Source of the DNA: Squalus acanthias | Taxonomy: Eukaryota | Length of the DNA stretch: 64,000 nucleotides | Direction: 5' to 3' | Assembly: GCA_030390025.1 (NCBI GenBank) | Contig: CM059432.1 | Coordinates: 25,732,001-25,796,000, forward strand | In this document: one piece after another, positions 1 to 8,370 of the stretch | Layout of the letters: the number at the start of each line of letters is the position of its first letter | How positions within the stretch are numbered: position 1 is the first letter of the stretch | Program-made: the position numbers and the translations under genes | Notes under the pieces: model-generated | Databases searched by the model: none | Seen by the model: the letters and a program-made list of their open reading frames with translations, nothing else | Told to the model about the DNA's origin: nothing

Positions 1-59
1 TCCTAACCTCTCTCTTCACTCTCAGTGAGAATTTTAAATTGATATTCCCTCATCATTGA

Positions 60-475
60 CTCTCTATTCACTCTATCAAAACTCTTCATAATTTAAAAAA
101 TCTATACTAAATCTCCTCATAGCCTTCTTTGCTTCAGTGAAGATAGTCCTAGTATCTCAAAACTCTCTTCATAACTATAGTTTCCAATCCCTGGCATCAC
201 TCTGGTGGATGCTTGCTACAGCTTTAATGTCCTTTTTATAATGTACTTTAACTGTGACTTTTGCACAAACTTATCATTATTACATTCCTTTTCCACTCTG
301 TGCCTCTATTTATAAAACCCAAGATGGTGTTGGCCTTCTTTACGGCTTTATCTAACTGCACTTACATTTTTAAGGAATTAATTGGACCCTTTGGTCTCAG
401 TGCCTTTCCATTGATTATGTACTCCCATTCCATGTTTTTCCTCACAAAATGTAGTACCTCTCACTTATCTATATT
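60..475 (-). mobile_element. Old, decayed CR1 LINE, 3' part of ORF2 (distal piece)
   Basis: Colinear by eye with the younger minus-strand CR1 at ~10,080-10,555. Examples: CACAAAATGTAGTACCTCTCACTTATC vs CCAAAGTGGATAACCTCGCATTTATC, and TTGGCCTTCTTTACGGC vs TTTGCCTTCTTAACCGC. Left boundary approximate. Confidence 0.7.
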
Positions 476-1030
476 ACAACAACAACAACTTATATTTATA
501 TAGTGTCTTTAACGTAGTAAAACATCCCAAGGCGCTTCACAGGAGCGTTATCAAACAAAATTTGACACCGAGCCACATAAGGAGATATTAGGGCAGATCA
601 CAAAAGCTTCGTCAAAGAGGTAAGTTTTAAGGAGCGTCTTAAAAGGAGGAAAGAGTGGTAGAGAGGCGGAGAGGTTTAGGGAGGGAATTCCAGACTTAGG
701 TCCTCGGCAGCTTGTAGGCATGGCTGCCAAAGGTGAAGCAATTAAAATCAGGGATGCGCAAGAGGCCAGAATTGGAAGAGCACAGATATCTCGGAGGGTT
801 GTAGGGCTGAAGGCAGTTACAGAGATAGGGAGGGGCGAACCATGGAGGGATTTGAAAACAAGGATGAGAATTTTAAAATCGAGGCGTTGCTCAACCGAGA
901 GCCAATGTAGGTCAGCGAGCCCTGGGATGATGGGTTTAGGATACGGGCAGCAGAGATTTGGATAAGCTTAAGTTTATGGAGGGTGGAAGATGGGAGTGCA
1001 TTGGAATAGTCAATTCTAGAGGTAACAAAC
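476..1030 (-). mobile_element. L2 LINE 3' fragment with (GTT)n tail, internally deleted
   Basis: Reverse complement matches the 3' end of the L2 copy at 5848-7855, including the TATATAAATA..AAGTTGTTGTTG tail and the FVTSR(I/L)DYSN and KL.LIQ.SAAR peptides (ORF 817..1032). Confidence 0.85.
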
Positions 1031-1158
1031 ATATCTTATCTGCATTAAATTACATCTGCTACCTGTCTTCCCATCCCACAAACACCTTCCTGAAGTCATT
1101 TACATTCCTTGCTGTTTCCCAAATCTTCTACTTTTGTGTCATCAGACGAGTTTGAGAT
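1031..1158 (-). mobile_element. Continuation of the old CR1 (RT catalytic region remnant)
   Basis: The minus strand reads ATCTCAAACTCGTCTGATGACACAAA (ISNSSDDTK), a decayed ISKFADDTK. It is colinear with the 10,550-10,680 CR1 sequence. Confidence 0.65.
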
Positions 1159-1160
1159 AG

Positions 1161-1790
1161 ACCTGGAATTTCCTCGAACAGTGTAACTGGTGAGTTTCTA
1201 CGCCCATCTTGCCAACCAGTACTTAAGCTGAAATGTCCTACCAACCTCATTAGCATATGCTGGAACGTAAAAACTGGGGGAAATTAGTGTAGACAGTTGG
1301 GGCCTGAGGAAAGTGCAGAACTTATGCCTTATTCCTTCTTTAAGTCCCTCTGATGTGTGAAAGTTAAAGTTCGGTGCCATCAAACTGTTATTTATGCATA
1401 TAAGCTGCACATGTTTAAGAAAATGTAACTGTGGAAGTTTAAAATGTAACTCATTCTGATGCCATAAAAATAGATTCAAAGAAACAGAAAATACAGTGCA
1501 GTGAGGCGAAATGAAAAATATCGCGTAAAAATTGTCATAAAACACCAGAAATATAACTTTGAATCCCGCTGCGCCTAGGGGTAAATTCACAGCCCATTCA
1601 GAAGTGGCGTAAACGCAGGAAAGTTGAACACTCTGGTCTTTTATCTGGGGACGGAGCAATGTTAATGAGTGGCAGAGGGTTTTGGCGGAGGTTATGCTGA
1701 ATAAGCACAATAGATCGAGGAAACTCGGGCGTAACATAAAAATCAGCGCAAATTTCCTCGGTCTTTTATTGACCTCTTCGGTGACCACGT
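1161..1790. mobile_element. Possible non-autonomous DNA transposon (MITE-like) remnant
   Basis: Imperfect inverted repeat CCTGGAATTTCCTCGA (1162-1177) vs TCGAGGAAACTCGGG (1715-1729), with AATTTCCTCG recurring at ~1750. No coding similarity. Confidence 0.3.
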
Positions 1791-1903
1791 TCTGGAGAGT
1801 TCAATCTAGAAATTCTTCATGCTCCCTGATACTGCAGAGAGTGGCCAATTGTTACTTGAACAAAGAGGTCCTCTGCTCCAGAGACTCAATTTTCTAATAC
1901 TTT

Positions 1904-2280
1904 AAAAAGAAAAGAAAGACTTGCATTTATATAGCGCCTTTCACGACCACCGGACATCCCAAAGCGCTTTACAGCCAGTTAACTACTTGGAAAAAAAAAT
2001 TTAGTCTCTGTTGTAATGTGGGAAACACAGCAGCCAATTTGCACACAGCAAGCTACCACAAACAGCAATGCGATAATGACCAGATAATCTGTTTTTTTTA
2101 TGTTGATTGAGGGATAAATATTGGCCAGGACACCAGGAATAATGCCGTGGGATCTTTTACGTCCACCTGAGAGGGCAGATGGGGACATCGGTTTAACGTC
2201 TCATCCAACAGTGCAGCACTCCCTCAGCACTGCACTGGAGTGTCAGCCTAGATTTTTGTGCTGAAGTCTCCGGAGTGGGA
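1904..2280 (-). mobile_element. Deu-domain tRNA-derived SINE (SacSINE1-like), 5' head truncated
   Basis: Contains the core CCACCTGAGAGGGCAGATGGGGACATCGGTTTAACGTCTCATCC...AGTGCAGCACTCCCTCAG and an L2-like tail ending in (CTTT)n. Homologous to 2572-3003. Family name is from recalled consensus. Confidence 0.8.
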
Positions 2281-2571
2281 AAATTATGCAAATATGCTGG
2301 TCTGGATACACTGGGCCTCCATGGTGGTTCACATATTGCATGCCCCACACATTACAAGGGTCCCCTGCACTGCCATCTCTCTGTGTCTAATTTAAAATGT
2401 AGATAGTGTTAGTCTGAACTCCCACTAGCATCAAAGTCTTGCGAGAATCAAACTCTGCTTGATCACTTTAAACATCATTAATTACAGAAAAAACCTCAGT
2501 GCTAAACTCCCGCTAAGGCTGAACTCCCATTGAAACTAAGCTGCACACTTTTATCCTAAGGTGCCAAATTT

Positions 2572-3003
2572 GGCAGTGTTGGCACTCTCACCTCTGAGTC
2601 AGCAGGTTGTGGGCTCACGTACCACACCTGAGACTCGAGCACATCATTTAGGCTGACTCTTCAACGCTGTATTGAGGGAGCACTGCACTGTTGGAGGTGC
2701 CGTCTTTCAGATGAGATGTTAAACTGAGGCCCCATCTGCCCTCTCAGGTGGATGTGGATGATCCCATGGCGCTATTCTAAGAAGAGCAGGGGAGTTCTGC
2801 CCTGGCCAATAATTATTCCTCAGCCAACATCACTAAAACAGATAATCTGGTCATTATCGCATTGCTGTTTGTGGGACCTTGGCTGCATACCATTTCCTAC
2901 ATACAACAGTGATTGCAATTCAACAGTATTTCATTGGTTGTAAAGCGCTTTGAAATATCCTGAGGTCATGAAAGGCTCTATAGAAATACAAGTTCTTTCT
3001 TCT
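2572..3003 (+). mobile_element. Deu-domain tRNA-derived SINE (SacSINE1-like), near full length
   Basis: tRNA-like head (GGCACTCTCACCTCTGAGTCAGCAGGTTGTGGG), core GGAGGTGCCGTCTTTCAGATGAGATGTTAAACTGAGGCCCCATCTGCCCTCTCAGGTGGA, and tail AAAGGCTCTATAGAAATACAAGTTCTTTCTTCT. Confidence 0.8.
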
Positions 3004-3128
3004 GATCATTCACACTTCATTGGCCTTTTGCGGCTTGAGATTACCTTCCTCAGTCTTCCCTTTCTTTCACAATTTACATGCTTAGACATCCAATCTTAGT
3101 ATCACCTTACCACTACATCTTGACTTAT

Positions 3129-3304
3129 TGGGGGAGAAATCGGAAGCTTTAGCGCTGGCCGCTACCGCCATGAAATGGCAGAAAGACAGCGGCCGTTGCT
3201 CTTCTGCCAGCTGGTGGTGGATCCATCGGCACATGCTATTTTGGAGCTGCCGGTAATGCAGCTGGTAAACCCTAGTGCCAGGGACATTTAAATGACAGAG
3301 ATCA
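3129..3304 (+). mobile_element. Probable left end of a PIF/Harbinger DNA transposon, split by the CR1 insertion
   Basis: Begins abruptly with GGGGGAGAAATCGG and is GC-rich subterminal-like sequence. It appears to rejoin 5325 onward (..GATCAT|GACGTCAG..), which leads into a HARBI1-like ORF start. Confidence 0.4.
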
Positions 3305-5085
3305 TAGCAAAAAATATAAAAACAGATAGTAAGAGTTTTTATAGTTATATAAAAAGAAAAAGGGTGGCTAAAGTAAATGTTGGTCCCTTAGAGGATGAGA
3401 CCGGGAAATTAATGGTGGGAAATATGGAGATGGCAAAAACACTGAATGAATATTTTGTATCAGTCTTTACAGTAGAGGACACTAAGAATATCCCAACACT
3501 GGACAAACAGGGGGCTATAGGGGGAGAGGAGCTAAACACGATCAAAATCACTAAGGAAGTGGTACTCGGTAAAATAATGGGACTCAAGGCGGATAAATCA
3601 CCTGGACCTGATGGCTTACATCCTAGAGTCTTGAAGGAAGTGGCGGTAGGGATTGTAGATGCATTGGTAATAATTTTTCAAAACTCCCTGGATTCCGCTA
3701 AGGTCCCGGCAGACTGGAAAACTGCTAATGTAACACCCTTATTTAAAAAGGGCAGTAGACAGAAGGCTGGTAACTATAGACCGGTTAGCCTAACATCTGT
3801 GGTAGGTAAAATTTTGGAGTCCATTATTAAGGAAACAGTAACAGGACATTTGGATAATCATAATTTAATAGGACAAAGTCAGCATGGTTTTACGAAGGGG
3901 AAGTCATGTTTGACAAATTTGCTGGAGTTCTTTGAGGAAGTAACATATAGAGTGGATAAAGGGGAACCAGTGGACGTAGTGTATTTAGACTTCCAAAAGG
4001 CATTTGACAAGGTGCCACACAAAAGATTATTGCTTAAGGTAAAAAATCACAGGATTGGGGGTAATATTCTGGCATGGATAGAGGATTGGCTATCTAACAG
4101 AAAGCAAAGAGTTGGGATAAATGGTTCATTCTCAGACTGGCAATCAGTAACTAGTGGTGTTCCACAGGGGTCAGTGCTGGGTCCCCAACTCTTCACAATC
4201 TATATTAACGATTTGGAGGAAGGGACCAAGTGTAACATATCAAAATTTGCAGATGATACAAAGATGGGAGGGAAAGTAGTGAGTGAGGAGGACATAAAAA
4301 ACCTGCAAGGGGACATAGACAGGCTAAGTAAGTGGGCAGAGATTTGGCAGATGGAATACAACACTGGAAAGTGTGAGGTGATGCACTTTGGCAGGAAAAA
4401 TCCTAGAGCAATTTATTATCTTAATGGCAAGAAACTGGAGAGTACTGAAGTGCAAAGGGATCTGGGGGTCCTGGTGCACGAAACTCAAAAGGTTAGTATG
4501 CAGGTGCAGCAAGTGATTAAGAAGGCAAATGGAATGTTGGCTTTCATTGCTAGGGGGATAGAATATAAAAATAGGGAGGTATTGCTTCAGTTGTACAAGG
4601 TATTGGTGAGACCGCACCTGGAATACTGCATACAGTTTTGGTGTCCTTACTTAAGGAAAGACATCCTTGCTCTCGAGGCAGTGCAAAAAAGGTTCACTCG
4701 GTTAATCCCGGGGATGAGGGGGTGGTCATATGAGGAGAGGTTGGGTAGATTGGGACTCTACTCATTGGAGTTCAGAAGAATGAGAGGCGATCTTATTGAA
4801 ACATATAAGATTGTGAAGGGGTTGGATCGGGTGGATGCGGGGAGGATGTTCCCGATGACGGGTGAGACGAGAACTAGGGGACATAGTCTTAGAATAAGGG
4901 GCTGCTCTTTCAAAACTGAGATGAGGAGGAACTACTTCACTCAGAGGGTGGTAGGTCCATGGAATATGCTGCCACAAAAAGCTGTAGAAGCTACAACATT
5001 AATTAAATTTAAAACAGAAATAGACAGTTTCCTAGAAGTAAAGGGCATTAAGGGTTACGGGGAGCGGGCAGGAATTTGGACATGA
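3292..5085 (+). CDS. CR1 LINE ORF2 reverse transcriptase, 5'-truncated (no endonuclease), uninterrupted 597 aa
   Basis: Motifs KSPGPDGLHP, NYRPVSLTS, QHGF, YLDFQKAFDKVPH, GVPQGSVLGP, FADDTK, and C-terminal RPHLEYC and TRGHSL. The ATG at 3292 lies just outside the element boundary. Confidence 0.9.
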   Translation: MTEIIAKNIKTDSKSFYSYIKRKRVAKVNVGPLEDETGKLMVGNMEMAKTLNEYFVSVFTVEDTKNIPTLDKQGAIGGEELNTIKITKEVVLGKIMGLKADKSPGPDGLHPRVLKEVAVGIVDALVIIFQNSLDSAKVPADWKTANVTPLFKKGSRQKAGNYRPVSLTSVVGKILESIIKETVTGHLDNHNLIGQSQHGFTKGKSCLTNLLEFFEEVTYRVDKGEPVDVVYLDFQKAFDKVPHKRLLLKVKNHRIGGNILAWIEDWLSNRKQRVGINGSFSDWQSVTSGVPQGSVLGPQLFTIYINDLEEGTKCNISKFADDTKMGGKVVSEEDIKNLQGDIDRLSKWAEIWQMEYNTGKCEVMHFGRKNPRAIYYLNGKKLESTEVQRDLGVLVHETQKVSMQVQQVIKKANGMLAFIARGIEYKNREVLLQLYKVLVRPHLEYCIQFWCPYLRKDILALEAVQKRFTRLIPGMRGWSYEERLGRLGLYSLEFRRMRGDLIETYKIVKGLDRVDAGRMFPMTGETRTRGHSLRIRGCSFKTEMRRNYFTQRVVGPWNMLPQKAVEATTLIKFKTEIDSFLEVKGIKGYGERAGIWT

Positions 5086-5324
5086 GTCTAGGTTCGGATC
5101 GGTCATGGCCCTGTGGGTAGTGGAGCGGGCCCAGGGACTGTGTAGCCTGATTCTGCTCCTATTTCGTGTGTGCAATTCTGTTAGATGCAGGAGATGGTTC
5201 TGTGATAGATAGTAGATTGGCGGTTAGGATCAGATCAGCCATGATCTTATTGAATGGCGGAGCAGGCTCGAGGGGCCGATTGGCCTACTCCTGCTCCTAT
5301 TTCTTATGTTCTTATGTTCTTATG
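3305..5324 (+). mobile_element. Young 5'-truncated CR1 (HER1-like) LINE
   Basis: Intact RT ORF, a 3' UTR ending GGAGCAGGCTCGAGGGGCCGATTGGCCTACTCCTGCTCCT (stem-loop), and an (TTCTTATG)3 octamer tail at 5301-5324. Confidence 0.92.
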
Positions 5325-5652
5325 ACGTCAGTGAGTGTGTAACGCTCACTTGACACCCGATTTCCAACATTGGATTTAGCCACTTACCTTACCGTCAGCA
5401 CAGAACAACAACAGGGAGAGCTGGTGTCTACCAGCAGGAAGTAGGCTGCAGCAGCGATATTTAAAGGCACCATCTCCAATCAGTAGCACCTGACATAGCT
5501 CAGCAGTTTCAGTGGCTGTTTGCTATGCCCTGCAACTGAAACAGATTTCTTTAGTTATTTCAAGGTTTTTTGGTAACAGGGAATGTTGATTCAATTGCAG
5601 AAATCCCTCATTATTTTTTAAATGCTTCTGCTCACAACACGTCCTCACAGTC

Positions 5653-5847
5653 ATGGGGACTGTACTGGCAGTCGACCTTGTACTCCAGGATCTACGGCAG
5701 AGGGAGCGGAGGCAGTGAGGAAGACGGGAACCTGCGCGCAGAGACAGGAGGGGGAGGACCATGAGGGCTCTCAACAGGAGGCCTTACCCACCTAGGGTCT
5801 TCTGACAGCAGTTCTCCTACCTCCACTTAAGCGAGGAGCAGTATGTG
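5653..5847 (+). pseudogene. N-terminal relic of a PIF/Harbinger (HARBI1-like) transposase
   Basis: Manual translation: MGTVLAVDLVLQDLRQRERRQ*GRREPARRDRRGRTMRALNRRPYPPRVF*QQFSYLHLSEEQYV. The RRPYPPRVF-SYL-LSEEQ segment resembles the segment preceding the RLRF motif in vertebrate Harbinger transposases (recalled). TGA stops fall at 5716 and 5803. Confidence 0.6.
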
Positions 5848-7855
5848 ATTTGACTGGACAACATAAAGCATTATCAAGTCCTGCTCTTGTCTGCCAAAAT
5901 TGCTCACTATTCCAGAATCATTCTGGAATGCATAGATAAACCTCGGTTCCTATTCTCTACTGCTAACCGTCTTCTAAAACTACTCTCCCCTGTCTCCTCC
6001 ACCCTTACCTCCGACAACAAGTGTGAGGAGCTAATAGACTTCTTTATCTCCAAGATTGAGACCATCCGTTCAGCTGCCTCTGCCACTTCCCTTCCTTCCC
6101 CTAGCCTACAGGGTCAAACTTCCTCTAAGGCTTCCCCCTGCCCTAGCCCTGAACTCACATTTTTCTACAGTTTCTCTCCGATCTCCCCTCATGACCTCTC
6201 TGCGCTCATCTTGTCCATGAGACCCACTTCCTGCTCCCTCGAACCTATTCCCACCAAAGTGCTGACCACCCAACTTCCTTTTCTGGCTCCCATATTAGCT
6301 GACATTGTTAACAGTTCTCTCTCCTCAGGTACTGTCCCCCTCTCCCTCAAATCTGTCGTCATCACCCCTCTCCTCAAAAAAACAACCCTTGACCCTCCGT
6401 CCTTGCAAACTACCGCCCCCATCTCCAACCTCCCTTTCCTCTCCAAAGTCGTTGAACGTGTTGTCGCCTTCCAAATCCGTGCCCATCTTTCCCGCAATTC
6501 CATGTTTGAATCCCTCCAATTAGGCTTCCGCCCTTGCCACAGTACTGAAATGGCTCTCATCAAAGTCACAAATGACATCCTTTGTGACTGTGACAAAGGT
6601 AAACTATCCCTCCTCGACCTTCTTGACTTGTCTGCAGCCTTTGACATGGTTGACCACTCCATCCTCCTCCAACACCTCTCCACCGTCGTCCAGCTGGGTG
6701 GGACTGCACTCGCCTGGTCCATTCTTATCTATCTAATCGTAGCTAGAAAATCACCTGCAACGGCTTTTCTTTCCGCTCTTGCATCGTTACCTCTGGTGTC
6801 CCCCAAAGATCTATCCTTGGGCCCCTCCTATTTCTCATCTACATGTTTCCCCTTGGCGACATCATCCGAAAACACAGCATCAGTTTCCACATGTATGCTG
6901 ACGACACCTAGCTCTACCTCACTACCTCTTCTCTGGACTCCTCCACGGACTCTAAATTGTCAGACTGCTTGTCTAATATCCAGTTCTGGATGAGAAGAAA
7001 TTTTCTCCAATTAAATATTGGGAAGACCGAAGCCATTGTTTTCGGTCCCCGCCACAAACACTGTTCCCTAGCCACTGACTCCATTCCTCTCTCTAACATC
7101 TGTCTGAGGCTGAACCACACTGTTCGCAACCATGTCATATTTGACCCTGAAATGAGCTTCCAACCACATATCCACAGCATAACTAAGACCGCCTATTTCC
7201 ACCTCCGTAACATTGCCCGACTCCGCTCTTGCCTCAGCTCATCCGCTGCTGAAATCCTCATCCATGCCTTTGTTACCTCGAGACTTGACTATTCCAATAC
7301 ACTCCTGGCTGGCCTCCAACATTGTACCCTACGTAAACTTGAGGTCATCCAAAACTCGGCTGCCCATGTCCTAACTCGCACCAAGTCCCGTTCGCCCATC
7401 ACCCCTGTGCTCGCTGACCTAAATTAGGCTCCCGGTTAAGCAGCGCCTCAATTTCAAAATTTTCATCCTTGTTTTCGAATCCCTCCATGGCCTCACCCCT
7501 CCCTATCTCTGTAATCTCCTCCAGCCCCACAACCCCCCGAGATATCTGTGCTCCTCTAATTCTGCCCTCTTGAGCATCCCTGATTATAATCGCTCAACCA
7601 TGGATGGCCATGCCTTCTGTTGCCTAGGCCCTAAGCTCTGGAATCCCTGCCTAAACCTCTCCGCCTCTCTACCTCTCTTTCCTCCTTTAAGACGCTCCTT
7701 AAAACCTACCTCTTTGACCAAGCTTCTGGTCACCTGCCCTAATTTATCCTTATGTGGATCGGTGGCAAATTTTTTGTCTTTTAATACTCCTGTGAAGTGC
7801 CTTAGGACATTTTACTACGTTAAAGGTGCTATATAAATACAAGTTGTTGTTGTTG
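5848..7855 (+). mobile_element. 5'-truncated L2 LINE with disrupted RT ORF
   Basis: Motifs PISNLPFLSKVVER, GFRPCHSTE, LLDLSAAFDMVDH, YADD (6894-6905), LQLNIGKTE and FVTSRLDYSN. Frameshift near 6720 plus stops. (GTT)n tail ends at 7855. Confidence 0.92.
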
Positions 7856-8044
7856 AGGCCTGACAGGAAGCTTGGAAAGCACCACAGCTCGGTGGATTGC
7901 ACACACCTTGAAGTCACCAACTATAACTGTAGTCCCCGTCACATCTCCTTTGCAATGGCCATAAGAAACTGGCTCAGCAGGCTTTGAGTCATTTGGGAGT
8001 CAGTTGGCAAGTTATGCTCTCTATGCTATGAAACATGAAAGAAC

Positions 8045-8104
8045 ACATTTCTTTGATATAGCACCATTCACGACCTCAGGACATTCTAAATGGATTTTGA
8101 AGTA
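8045..8104 (-). mobile_element. Short Deu-SINE 3' tail fragment
   Basis: ATATAGCACCATTCACGACCTCAGGACATTCTAAA matches the SINE tails at 1930-1965 and 8130-8155. Confidence 0.55.
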
Positions 8105-8370
8105 AAGGACATGCATTTATACAGTTCCTTTCATGACCTCAGGACATCCAAAAGCGCTTCACAGCCAATGAAGTACTTTTGAAGTGTAGTCACTCTGGTA
8201 ATGTAGGAAACCTCGGCTGTCAATTTGCACACAGCAAGGACCCACAAACAGCAATGAGGTGAATGACCAGATAATCTGTTTTTGGTAGTGCTGGTTGAGG
8301 AATAAATGTTGACCAGGACAACTCCCCTGCTCTTCCCCCAATAGCGCCATTTATCTTTGACATTCACCCA
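8105..8370 (-). mobile_element. Deu-SINE 3' half, split by the LINE at 8371-13049
   Basis: Colinear with 1915-2170 (CAGCAATG..GACCAGATAATCTG..TTGAGGAATAAAT). It stops at ATCTTTGACATTCACC, at the edge of the core domain. Confidence 0.8.

Noticed and set aside
1198..1788. 196-aa minus-strand ORF
   Set aside because: No recognisable domain, and it overlaps a probable non-coding repeat.
5653..6993. In-frame Harbinger-L2 fusion protein
   Set aside because: The junction is in frame (a 1-in-3 chance), but TGA stops at 5716, 5803 and 5851 and a later frameshift preclude a product.
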